Positions 45,982 through 54,894 of a stretch of DNA of 64,000 nucleotides are shown piece after piece. The stretch comes from Alphaproteobacteria bacterium (GTDB taxonomy: Bacteria > Pseudomonadota > Alphaproteobacteria > UBA828): NCBI GenBank assembly GCA_965220745.1, contig CBDCQT010000013.1, forward strand, positions 64,001-128,000, given 5' to 3'. Below the pieces are notes generated by a model that saw only the letters and a program-made list of their open reading frames with translations, was not told the DNA's origin and did no database searches. The number at the start of each line of letters is the position of its first letter. Position 1 is the stretch's first letter. The translations under genes and the position numbers were made by a program.

Positions 45982-47039
45982 GCCTCGCTTGGGGCGACGT
46001 GCCGGCGCCGGTAAGGGCGACGCTCGCGCGGGGCGTGGTGATCCCGGCGCATCCGCTCGCGCTCGACGCCGAGCGCCGGCTGGATGCGGAGCGGCAGCGG
46101 GCGCTCTCCCGCTACTACATCGACGCCGGTGCCGGCGGGCTCGCGGTCGGCGTTCACACCACGCAGTTCGCGATCAGGGAGGCGGGGCTCTACGAGCCGG
46201 TGCTGAAGCTCGCGGCCGAGACCGCCGACGCCTGGACCGACCGGCCGCTGGTGCGGATCGCGGGCCTGGTCGGGCGGACCGAGCAGGCGCTGGCCGAGGC
46301 GGACATCGCCCTCGGCCTCGGCTATCACGCAGGGATGGTGAGCCTCGCCGCGTTCGCCGGCACGAGCGAGAACGAGCGGCTGGAGCATTGCGCCCGGCTC
46401 GCTCAGCGTATCCCGCTGATCGGTTTCTACCTGCAGCCGGCGGTGGGCGGGGTCATGCTGGGGCCCGGCTTCTGGCGCCGCCTCGCTGCGTTGGAGAACG
46501 TGGTGGCGATCAAGATCGCGCCCTTCAACCGCTACCGCACGCTGGACGTGGTGCGCGGCGTGGTCGAGGCCGGCGCCGAGGAGCGCGTGACCCTCTACAC
46601 CGGCAACGACGATCACATCCTGCTGGACCTGGTGACGCCCTGGCGCCTCATGCGCGGTGACGACGCGGTGACCGTGCGCATCAAGGGCGGGCTGCTCGGC
46701 CACTGGAGCGTCTGGGTCAAGCGGGCCGTGGAGCTGCTGGAGCGGGCCCACGCGGCAGCGCAAGCCGGCGCCATCGACGCAGACTTGCTCGCGCTCGACT
46801 CCCAGATCACCGATTGCAACGCCGCGCTCTTCGACGTTGCCAACGACTTCCGGGGCTGCATCGCCGGCTGCCACGAGGTGCTGCGCCGCCAAGGGCTGAT
46901 GCGCGGCATCTGGTGCCTGGACCCTGACGAGGGGCTGAGCCCCGGCCAGGCGGACGAGATCGATCGGGTTTCGGCGGCCTACCCGCACCTCACCGACGAC
47001 GACTTCGTGCGTGCTAATCTCGCGCGCTGGCTTGCATGA
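45978..47039 (+). CDS. Dihydrodipicolinate synthase (class I aldolase) family protein, atypical
   Basis: [30 protein letters not shown] (candidate Schiff-base Lys), YTGNDD. GTGA overlap. Confidence 0.82.
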   Translation: MSLAWGDVPAPVRATLARGVVIPAHPLALDAERRLDAERQRALSRYYIDAGAGGLAVGVHTTQFAIREAGLYEPVLKLAAETADAWTDRPLVRIAGLVGRTEQALAEADIALGLGYHAGMVSLAAFAGTSENERLEHCARLAQRIPLIGFYLQPAVGGVMLGPGFWRRLAALENVVAIKIAPFNRYRTLDVVRGVVEAGAEERVTLYTGNDDHILLDLVTPWRLMRGDDAVTVRIKGGLLGHWSVWVKRAVELLERAHAAAQAGAIDADLLALDSQITDCNAALFDVANDFRGCIAGCHEVLRRQGLMRGIWCLDPDEGLSPGQADEIDRVSAAYPHLTDDDFVRANLARWLA

Positions 47040-47048
47040 GGATTACCC

Positions 47049-48044
47049 ATGAACGTGGCGGAACAAGCACAGACCGACGCGGTGCGTACCGGGGCGGTGA
47101 CCTACCTTGCGGCGTCGGTCGAGACCTCGCTCTACCGCAACGGCAAGGTGCTCGTGCGCAGGGATAGCGAAGGCAATGATACCCCGTGGGAGGGCACCGA
47201 GCGGGACAAGCGGCAGGTGTTAATTCACGACGCGCGCGGCCTGGCGGGGCCCGAGCGCCGCACGCTCGAGGCCAATGGCTTTGAAATGCTCGAACGGACG
47301 CTGGCGGCGCCCGCCCTCGACTTTCTGGATCACGAGCAGGTGGTGCGCCGCTACTACCCGCACTGTGCCGATATCGTCCGGGCGCACACTGGCGCGCGCA
47401 TCGTCAAGGCCTTCGACCACAACGTGCGCTCGGCCGCCGGCAAGCTGAGCGGACGCCGCATCGCGGGCGGGCAGCACGTGCAGCGTCCCGCGCACGTGGT
47501 GCACGGCGACTACACGCTGACCAGCGGGCCGCAGCGCCTGCGCGACCTATCGAATCTGCCGACCGTCAACGACACCTACCGCACGCTGATGGCCGACGGC
47601 GAGACGCTGCTCGACGAGACGGATGTTGCGCATGCCCTCGATTCGGGCCGGTTTGCGCTCATCAATCTCTGGCGGAACATCGCCGAGGAGCCGGTTGCGA
47701 CCCATCCGCTCGCGCTCTGCGATGCGGCCAGCGTGCATCCGGACGACCTGGTCGTGTTCGAGATCCACTATGCCGACCGCATCGGCGAGAACTACTTTGC
47801 GAAGCACGCCGACGCCCATCGCTGGTACTTCTATCCCGCGCTCACCCACGACGAGGCGCTGCTGATCAAGCAGTGGGACTCGGCGGGGGGCATGGCGCGC
47901 TCCGAGGGCGCGGCGGCGGACGCGGCGAGCCCTGACGCGCCCTGCACCTTCAGCTTCCACACCGCCTTCGAGGACCCGACGACGGCGCCCGACGCGCCCG
48001 ATCGCTGGAGCATCGAGGTGCGCTGCATCGTGCTCTACGATTAG
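47049..48044 (+). CDS. CmcJ/NvfI (AsaB-like) family oxidoreductase
   Basis: IHDAR, FDHNVR, VHGDYT (HxD), INLWRNI, PLALCDA, HTAF, RWSIEVR. Confidence 0.82.
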   Translation: MNVAEQAQTDAVRTGAVTYLAASVETSLYRNGKVLVRRDSEGNDTPWEGTERDKRQVLIHDARGLAGPERRTLEANGFEMLERTLAAPALDFLDHEQVVRRYYPHCADIVRAHTGARIVKAFDHNVRSAAGKLSGRRIAGGQHVQRPAHVVHGDYTLTSGPQRLRDLSNLPTVNDTYRTLMADGETLLDETDVAHALDSGRFALINLWRNIAEEPVATHPLALCDAASVHPDDLVVFEIHYADRIGENYFAKHADAHRWYFYPALTHDEALLIKQWDSAGGMARSEGAAADAASPDAPCTFSFHTAFEDPTTAPDAPDRWSIEVRCIVLYD

Positions 48045-48068
48045 AGTGCGCAAACGCGTCGCGGCGCC

Positions 48069-48097
48069 TTGACAGGGGCGGGCGCGATTCTTCTAAT
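48069..48097 (+). promoter_or_regulatory. Sigma-70 promoter of tRNA-Val
   Basis: TTGACA-N17-TCTAAT followed by a GC-rich discriminator, 12 nt before the tRNA. Confidence 0.75.
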
Positions 48098-48109
48098 CGC
48101 CTGCCGGGC

Positions 48110-48184
48110 GGGCGCTTAGCTCAGCGGGAGAGCACCGTCTTCACACGGCGGGGGTCGCTGGTTCAAATCCAGCAGCGCCCACCA
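48110..48184 (+). tRNA. tRNA-Val (anticodon CAC)
   Basis: GGGCGCT/AGCGCCC acceptor stem, TAGCTCAG D-arm, ccgtc-TTCACAC-ggcgg anticodon arm, GGTTCAAATCC T-loop, encoded CCA. Confidence 0.97.
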
Positions 48185-48258
48185 GCCCGGCCTGCCGCCG
48201 TCGCGATGCGGCAGCCTAGCCGCGCCGTCCGGACGGCAACTCAGCGGGAGCGAGAACG

Positions 48259-49137
48259 ATGGCCGAGGTCGCATGCGTGGTCGATTGCCGGGATCAGCTC
48301 GGTGAGAGCCCGGTCTGGTGCCCCGTGGACCAGCGCCTCTACTGGCTCGACATCAAGGGCCAGTCGATCAGCTGGTTCACGCCGGGCACGGGCGAGTACA
48401 AGCAGGTGCCGGTGGACGAGCAGCCCGGCTCACTGGTACTGCGCGAGCAGGGCGGCATGGTGGTCGCTTTCTACGGCGGCTTCCGCTTCTTCGATCCCGA
48501 GACCGGCGCGGTCGAGACCATCCACGAGGTAGAGACCGACCAGCCCGAGAGCCGCATGAACGACGGCCGCTGCGACCGACAGGGCCGCTTCTGGGCCGGC
48601 AGCATGGACGATGGAATGGTCGGCCGCCCGCTCGGCTCGCTCTATCGGCTGGACCACGACCTCAGCCTGCACAAGACCGAGACCGGCATCGTCGTCTCCA
48701 ACTCGATCGCCTTCAGTCCCGCCGGCGAAGTCATGTATTACGCCGATCTCGACCAGGACGTGATCTGGGCCTACGACCTCGACACTGCCACCGGCGCGAT
48801 CTCCAACAAGCGTGTCTTCGTCGGCCCCGGCAGCGCGCCGGGCATCCCCGACGGCTCCACCGTCGATGCCGAGGGCTACCTCTGGAACGCGCGCTGGAAT
48901 GGCTGGTGCGTCGCCCGCTTCGCGCCGGACGGTACGTTGGACCGCACCATTGAGATGCCGTTCCAGCAGGTCACCTGCCCGATGTTCGGAGGCGCGGACC
49001 TCGACGTGCTCTACGTCACCGGCGCCCGCGTGAACCTGAGCGAGGACGTGCTCGCGAAGCAGGGGCAGGCCGGCAGCCTCTTCGCCGTCACCGGCACGGG
49101 CTGCACCGGCCTGCCCGAGCCCCGCTTCAAGGGCTGA
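48259..49137 (+). CDS. SMP-30/gluconolactonase family protein
   Basis: LGESPVW, RMNDGRCDRQGRFWAG, SNSIAFSP, PDGSTVDAEG, FGGADLDVLYVT. Confidence 0.93.
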   Translation: MAEVACVVDCRDQLGESPVWCPVDQRLYWLDIKGQSISWFTPGTGEYKQVPVDEQPGSLVLREQGGMVVAFYGGFRFFDPETGAVETIHEVETDQPESRMNDGRCDRQGRFWAGSMDDGMVGRPLGSLYRLDHDLSLHKTETGIVVSNSIAFSPAGEVMYYADLDQDVIWAYDLDTATGAISNKRVFVGPGSAPGIPDGSTVDAEGYLWNARWNGWCVARFAPDGTLDRTIEMPFQQVTCPMFGGADLDVLYVTGARVNLSEDVLAKQGQAGSLFAVTGTGCTGLPEPRFKG

Positions 49138-49300
49138 CCCACGCGGGATCATTGCCGGCCCCGCGACTTATTCATTTCCCTCAAGCGCCGCGCGCTCGCT
49201 CCGCTCGCTTGGCTACGCGCATTCGCGTGCGGCGCAGTCGCGCCGTCCGGGCCTGCGGCCCGGGAGGGCGGAGGGGCGACGAGGATATCGCCACTTTCGT

Positions 49301-49344
49301 CCCCTCTCCGCCCCTGGGGGCGGAGAGGGACAGGGGGAGGTGGG
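49301..49344. repeat. CIR/RIME/REP-like hairpin repeat between convergent genes
   Basis: ccctctccgcccc-tg-ggggcggagaggg inverted repeat followed by acagggggaggtggg. Confidence 0.7.
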
Positions 49345-49368
49345 AGTGTGCGCCCCGCGACGTCTTTC

Positions 49369-50424
49369 TCAGCCCGCCGGGATCACCCGCGCGGCGCGCA
49401 TGTCGTCGAAGATCTCGATGAAGTTCTGCTCGGTGTCGATGGCTTCGGTGAAGCCGTACTGCAGGCGCTTGGTGTCCTCGAGGATGGTGTCCCAGGTGCG
49501 GCCAAAGTTCCAGTCGGCGAAGCCCCAGTCGCCGAGGTCGGAGAAGTCCATCGGCTTGAGCTGGTGCTTGCGCGCGATCTCGTCCCAGACCGGGCCCTTG
49601 TCCGCCATGAAGTCGGCGAGCTTCATCGGCACGAGAACGCCAGGCCGGCACCCGAAATACTCGGTAAAGAGCGGCCACAGGTTGCACCAGCGCATGCCGG
49701 AGACGTTGGTCACGTTGAAGGCCTCGCCGGCGCAGGCGGGATTCTGGGCGGCCCAGGCGGCGCAGCGGCCCAGCAGCCTCGCGTCGATGAACTTGTTGAA
49801 CGCCGTGAACGCCGCCTCCGGCCCCGGATAGTTGAGCGGCACGTCCAGCTCCTTGCAGATACTGGCATAGACCGCCACCAGCGAGGCGGTGTTGAGCGGA
49901 ATGCCCTCGGCGAAGCCGACCACCGCCTCGGGCCTCAGCATGGTGTAGTGCCAGGACTTGCCCTCGTGCAGCGCGGTGATGAAGTCCTGCTGGTTGTAAT
50001 AGAAGTTGGGCGGCAGATGGCGCGGGTCGGTCTCCTTCGAGGGCGTCTTGTGCGGGCCGAGGTGGACGCCGTAGTACTTGCCGCCCTGCACCAGGATCAC
50101 GCGCTCCAGCGTGGGCGAGATCGGCTCGATCACGCCAACCGAGTTGACCACCAGCGCGAGGTTGCCCTCGACGTTCTCCGCCTCCACGCCGCCGGAGAGG
50201 CCCGCGTAGAAGATGTGGGTGACGTCGGTGAAGCCGGCGAGCTTCTCCTGGGCTTGCGCGTTGTCCAGCAGGTCGACGGAGATGAAGGTGGCTCCGGTCT
50301 CGAAGTTCGCAGGCCGCCGTGACAGCCCGACGATCTCCCACCCGCCTTCGGCCTCGAGAGCCTGGATGATGTTGCGCCCGATCATACCGAGGCCGCCGAC
50401 GACGACCGCCTTACCCTTCGCCAT
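49369..50424 (-). CDS. Atypical SDR, progesterone 5-beta-reductase / iridoid synthase (PRISE)-like enone reductase
   Basis: GGLGMIG, GLSRR, VTHIFY, QGGKYYG, PPNFYYNQQD, AFNVTN. Real start MAKGKA at 50424. Confidence 0.85.
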   Translation of the reverse strand: MAKGKAVVVGGLGMIGRNIIQALEAEGGWEIVGLSRRPANFETGATFISVDLLDNAQAQEKLAGFTDVTHIFYAGLSGGVEAENVEGNLALVVNSVGVIEPISPTLERVILVQGGKYYGVHLGPHKTPSKETDPRHLPPNFYYNQQDFITALHEGKSWHYTMLRPEAVVGFAEGIPLNTASLVAVYASICKELDVPLNYPGPEAAFTAFNKFIDARLLGRCAAWAAQNPACAGEAFNVTNVSGMRWCNLWPLFTEYFGCRPGVLVPMKLADFMADKGPVWDEIARKHQLKPMDFSDLGDWGFADWNFGRTWDTILEDTKRLQYGFTEAIDTEQNFIEIFDDMRAARVIPAG

Positions 50425-50589
50425 TCCTTCATCTCCCCATTGCTTTGCTGCGGGCCGCGCCCGGACGGCGCGCATGATAGGCAGCAGGCCTCTGCGGTCA
50501 AACCAGCGGCCGGATCGGGACGGGTAGGGCGATCCGCGCGGGTACGCTAACCTGAGCGCGAACCGCGCGACCGGCTGGGGAGTGACGTC

Positions 50590-51966
50590 ATGGCACGCGA
50601 TTGGAACGAGCTTGAGCGCTGGGACCGGGCCTACTACCTGCACGGCCTGCAGGCTGAGGACGAGCTCAGCATCACGGCGGTCGACAGCACCGACGGCAAC
50701 TATCTCACGCTTGCCGACGGCACGCGGCTGCTCGACTTCATGAGCCAGTTGATCTCCGACAACCTCGGGCACCGGCATCCGGCGATCCACGGCGCGCTGG
50801 CCGAGGCCATGGAGCGCTACGGCCACGTCACCTACACGATGGCGAACGAGTACCGCGCTCGCGCCGCGAAGCTGGTGATCGAGGACATCCTGGGACAGGA
50901 GGGCTGGGCCGGAAGGCTGCGCGTCCTGCCGTCCGGCACCGAGGCGACGGAGAGCTGCATCACCATGGCGCGGCTCTACACCGGGCGCAGCGTCATCCTG
51001 ACCCAGGCCCACTCCTTCCACGGCATGACCGTGGGCGCAACCATGATGCGTGGCTACCGCAACAACATCTCGACCGACGACGGCTTCGCCGACGTCGCCG
51101 ACGTGCCGGGCTGGCCGCCCCACGGCTACATCCCGATCCCGCCGCCGGAGCACGAGGACTGGCAGGCCAACGGGCGGCTGCCGTCTCTGGAGGCTACGGA
51201 GCACATCGTCCGCGCGGTGGGGCCGGAGAACATCGCGGCGGTGATCAGCGAGCCGATGTTCGGCGCGGGCGGCACCCTGCCGCACACGGACTACCTGCCG
51301 GGGCTCCGCGCGCTCTGCGACAAGTACGGCTTCCTCTGGATCGACGACGAGGTGATCACGGGCTTCGGGCGGCTCGGCGAATGGTTCGGCTACATGCACT
51401 GGCCCGGCGTGAAGCCGGACCTGATGGCCGCCGGCAAGGGCATCAACGGCTCTGCGCTGCCGGTCGGCGCCGTGATTGCGAGCGCGCCCATCGCCGACTA
51501 CTTCGAGAAGGCCCGCTGGTGGACCGGCAGCACCTGGGACGGTCATCCGCTGGTCTGCGCCACCATCGTCGGCAACCTCGAATACCTGCTCGCCAACGAC
51601 ATCATGCAGCAGGTGCGCCAGCGCGGCGCCTACCTCAAGGACCGGCTCGACGCGCTGAAGGAGGGGCATCCCTGCGTCGGCCGCGTGTCGGGGCGCGGGC
51701 TCTTCTACACGCTCGATCTCGTCGATAAGAATGGCGAGCCCATCGTGCCCGAGGATCGCTACTCGCCCTTCACCGGCGACCTCGGCACGCATCCCAACGT
51801 CATCGTCGCGGCCGAGAACGCGAAGCGCGGCGTCTTTATGGGCGGCTTTTCGCCCAACACGATCAAGGTCGGCCCGCCGTTCACGATCACCCAGGAGGAG
51901 ATCGACACCGCAGCCGACGCGCTGGACGCCTCGCTCACGGTGATCGACGAGCGCTTCACCCGCTGA
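50590..51966 (+). CDS. Class III PLP-dependent aminotransferase
   Basis: NLGHRHP, SGTEATE, SFHG, EPMFG, DEVITGFGRLG, AAGKG (PLP Lys). Confidence 0.92.
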   Translation: MARDWNELERWDRAYYLHGLQAEDELSITAVDSTDGNYLTLADGTRLLDFMSQLISDNLGHRHPAIHGALAEAMERYGHVTYTMANEYRARAAKLVIEDILGQEGWAGRLRVLPSGTEATESCITMARLYTGRSVILTQAHSFHGMTVGATMMRGYRNNISTDDGFADVADVPGWPPHGYIPIPPPEHEDWQANGRLPSLEATEHIVRAVGPENIAAVISEPMFGAGGTLPHTDYLPGLRALCDKYGFLWIDDEVITGFGRLGEWFGYMHWPGVKPDLMAAGKGINGSALPVGAVIASAPIADYFEKARWWTGSTWDGHPLVCATIVGNLEYLLANDIMQQVRQRGAYLKDRLDALKEGHPCVGRVSGRGLFYTLDLVDKNGEPIVPEDRYSPFTGDLGTHPNVIVAAENAKRGVFMGGFSPNTIKVGPPFTITQEEIDTAADALDASLTVIDERFTR

Positions 51967-52020
51967 GAGATTCGGTTCGCTGTCTCATCCAAGAGGTTTC
52001 TACACTGGCACGGCAGGCGA

Positions 52021-52383
52021 TCACGTGTTGAAGAAGACGTGCTTGTTGCCGTCCAGGTCGCGGAAGTAGCCGCCGTAGAACGTGCCCGCGCGAGGGCCCG
52101 GCTCGCCCTCGTCGGTGGCGCCGAGCGAGATGGCCTTGGCGTACAGCGCATCGACCCTGTCGTTGCTGCCGACATTGAAGGCGGTCATGGTGCCGTTGCC
52201 GGGCTGCGCGTCGTTGCCGTCGGCGGGCTTGATGATCATGAACATGGCGCCTTCGCCGTCGGACCAGCCGACGTAGCGGTCCGATTCCAACGCGCGCTTG
52301 GCGCCCAAGTCGGCCAGCAGTTCGTCCCAGAACGTCGCCGCGCGCTCCAGGTCGTTGGTGCCGACGGTGATATAGCCGATCAT
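52021..52383 (-). CDS. VOC/glyoxalase family protein
   Basis: MIGYITVGTNDLERA, GNGTM, GATDEGEPGPR, YFRDLDGNK. Confidence 0.9.
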   Translation of the reverse strand: MIGYITVGTNDLERAATFWDELLADLGAKRALESDRYVGWSDGEGAMFMIIKPADGNDAQPGNGTMTAFNVGSNDRVDALYAKAISLGATDEGEPGPRAGTFYGGYFRDLDGNKHVFFNT

Positions 52384-52496
52384 GCTTGTCTCCATTTGCG
52401 TTGCTGAGGCGCGGTCCTCGAAAGGAGGCGCCATCGATTGGGTCTTATCCCACGGCACGCCAGAGTGGGCGAGAGAGGTTCCGCACAGGGTTTCCC

Positions 52497-52901
52497 CTAC
52501 GGCATTTGCTCGATGGTGGGGAGCGACGGGATCTGGTCGAGCCAGTGCTGCTTGGAGCGGTTGTAGATGTGGACCTTCGGCACCAGTTGGTCGCGCTGCT
52601 TGATGGTACCGACGCGGATGCCGTAGAAGGGGCCGGCCGGATCCGAGGTCGCATAGATGGGCGAGCCGCAGGTCCCGCAGAAGCCCTGCTGGCGCCGGTT
52701 GCCGCTGTCCGCAATCTTGACGTAGACCTTGATCTCGCCGGTGAGCAGGGTGAACGCGTCCTCCTGCGTGAACGCGACCGTGCGGAAGGCCGAGCCGGAG
52801 AGCGACTGGCAATCCGTGCAGTTGCAGATGAGGATTCGGTCTGTGTTGAGCTCCGCCTCGTAGGTGATCTGCCCGCAGAAGCAGGCGCCGTCCACCTTCA
52901 T
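52497..52901 (-). CDS. GFA family (glutathione-dependent formaldehyde-activating / CENP-V) Zn protein
   Basis: GACFCG, CNCTDCQ, FCGTCGSPIY. Confidence 0.9.
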   Translation of the reverse strand: MKVDGACFCGQITYEAELNTDRILICNCTDCQSLSGSAFRTVAFTQEDAFTLLTGEIKVYVKIADSGNRRQQGFCGTCGSPIYATSDPAGPFYGIRVGTIKQRDQLVPKVHIYNRSKQHWLDQIPSLPTIEQMP

Positions 52902-52945
52902 CGTAGTCCTCCCTTCGCTGAAACCTCTGGCCGTGCTGGACACCG

Positions 52946-53902
52946 TTACTCGAACACGATGCGCGGCAGATAGCAGGAAACCACCCAGTTGGGCCGGTCG
53001 ACGATCTCGCTGATGCGCAGGTCCGCGCAGACGCTGCACAGCATGTAGGCCTCATCCGCCGCCAGGCCGCGCGAGGCGCCGAGCCGGTCGATCATGCCGC
53101 GCACCGCGTTCTGCGCCGCCTCCATCAGGTCCGGGCCGATCCCCGTGGTGACCTCGTAGCCCTTGGCGTCGAGATGGCGCGAGACCGGACCCGGCGTCTC
53201 GAAGCGGGGGAAGAGCAGCCCTTCGCCCTTGATCAGGTCGAGTCGGACGGCCGGCGCCATCGGCGATTCGATCGCCGTGCCGCAGACCTCGCCGTCTCCC
53301 TGGGCGCAGTGCGGGTCGCCGATGGAGAAGAGCCCGCCCGGCACCTGCACCGGCAGATAAAGATCGACGCCGATGGTGAGGTCGCGGATGTCCATGTTGC
53401 CGCCGCTCTCATAGGGCGGCACGGTGCTGAAGCCGCCGGGCTCCGCGCGGGCGAGGCCGATGGTGCCGCAGAAGGGCTTGAGCGGCACCCGCGCGATGCC
53501 GGAGTAGGCGGCAGGCTCGCGAAAGCTCGTGTCGTAGGACCAGATGTTGAGCGATGGCTCCGGGAAGTCCTCGGCCAGCAGGCCGAAGCCCGGAACGATC
53601 GCCGTCCACGCCCAGCCCGAGGCCGTGAGGTCCACCAGGGTCGCCTTGATGGTGTCGCCGGGCTCGGCCCCGTCGATGTAGATGGGCCCGGCAATGGGGT
53701 TGACCCGGTCGAAGTCGAGGTTGGCGACCGCCTCCGGGGTGGAATCTGGGGCGAGCTGCCCACACACCGCATCGACCTCCGCGAAGGCGACGGTCTCCCC
53801 CGGCGCGACCGTCGCAGCCGGCTCGCGGGCGTTGTCCCAGGTCATGTGCTGATGGCTGGCGTGGATGGTGCGCACGCCGACCGCCGCGTCGGTTCCGCTC
53901 AC
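52946..53902 (-). CDS. Acetamidase/formamidase family protein
   Basis: WDN, NPIAGPIYIDGAEPGD, GGNMD, GDPHCAQGDGEVCGTAIE, AYMLCS. GTG start at 53902. Confidence 0.92.
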   Translation of the reverse strand: MSGTDAAVGVRTIHASHQHMTWDNAREPAATVAPGETVAFAEVDAVCGQLAPDSTPEAVANLDFDRVNPIAGPIYIDGAEPGDTIKATLVDLTASGWAWTAIVPGFGLLAEDFPEPSLNIWSYDTSFREPAAYSGIARVPLKPFCGTIGLARAEPGGFSTVPPYESGGNMDIRDLTIGVDLYLPVQVPGGLFSIGDPHCAQGDGEVCGTAIESPMAPAVRLDLIKGEGLLFPRFETPGPVSRHLDAKGYEVTTGIGPDLMEAAQNAVRGMIDRLGASRGLAADEAYMLCSVCADLRISEIVDRPNWVVSCYLPRIVFE

Positions 53903-53924
53903 GAGGGGCCCTCCCTGCCGCCCG

Positions 53925-54890
53925 CTACGCCCGCGCCGCCTCGGCCAGGAAGGTGGGGTCTTCGCCACGCCAGAGCATGGCGAGGAGTTCGAGATTCACG
54001 GCGATATAGCCGGGCGCAATGTCGTTGATACCGGCGAGCTTGGAGTCCGGCCGCTCGCGCAGCTCCCGATTCAGCGCACCCAGATTGTGAAAGGGCACGC
54101 CGGGGAAGAGGTGGTGCTCGGTGTGGTAGGGCATCTGCCACATCAGCCAGCGCAGGATCGGCCCGGCGCGGGTCGTGCGCGTGCTGCCGATCACGCCGCG
54201 CCCGTTGGGCAGGCCGTGGTGCTCGGCCGCGACGTAGAAGCGATAGAAGCACGTGGTGACGATCATCGGTCCCCACACGCAGATGAGCGCCGCCCAGCTC
54301 TCGAAGTAGACCGAGAGTGCGACGACGGCCGCGTAGCCGAGCAGGTAGAGCCGCGCTTCGCGGATCACGATGCGCCGCTCCTTCTCCCGGAGAAAGGGCT
54401 CGGGTGCATGGCCGCAGGCATGCTCCACGACGTTGCGTATCAGGGCAATCCAGAGGGCCAGACCGGCCATAAATTTGAGGTAGCGCCAGAATGTCCACGG
54501 CTTTTGGACCAAGAGTTCCGGGTCGTGACCGGCGACCTTGGTGTGGCGGTGATGAGCGAAATGGAAGAAGCGCTGGTAGTTGTGGGCGTAGAAGCGGGGG
54601 AAGCTCGCCAGGTGGCCGAAGGCGTCGTTGAGGGTCCGGTTGCGGAAAACGGTCCAATGCCCGAGCTCGTGCTGGCCCGCGTAGCAGAAGCCCCAGAGGA
54701 TCACGCCCTGGGCCACGAACAGCGGTGCGACCCACCAGCTCCCCCAAAGCACGTGGATCGCGTAGCCGGTGAGCCCCGCAGCGCCAAGCTGGCTCAGGGT
54801 CTGGAGCCAGCCCAGGAGGTCCGAGCGTCGCGACAGCGCCTTCAGGCGCGGCGCCTCGATCAGGTCCTTGCGGGCAATCCAGTCGTCCAT
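53925..54890 (-). CDS. Membrane di-iron fatty acid desaturase/hydroxylase family protein (MocD-like)
   Basis: His boxes QHELGH, HFAHHRH and YHTEHH, plus AEH. TM segments. Confidence 0.85.
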   Translation of the reverse strand: MDDWIARKDLIEAPRLKALSRRSDLLGWLQTLSQLGAAGLTGYAIHVLWGSWWVAPLFVAQGVILWGFCYAGQHELGHWTVFRNRTLNDAFGHLASFPRFYAHNYQRFFHFAHHRHTKVAGHDPELLVQKPWTFWRYLKFMAGLALWIALIRNVVEHACGHAPEPFLREKERRIVIREARLYLLGYAAVVALSVYFESWAALICVWGPMIVTTCFYRFYVAAEHHGLPNGRGVIGSTRTTRAGPILRWLMWQMPYHTEHHLFPGVPFHNLGALNRELRERPDSKLAGINDIAPGYIAVNLELLAMLWRGEDPTFLAEAARA

Positions 54891-54894
54891 CACG

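Noticed and set aside
48110-48260. tRNA-Val as an integration site of a genomic island
   Set aside because: No integrase, no duplicated tRNA 3' end noticed, and downstream GC is unchanged.
50425-51792. N-terminal extension making the PRISE ORF 807 aa (apparent fusion)
   Set aside because: The extension is antisense to the aminotransferase; the real start is at 50424 with its own RBS.
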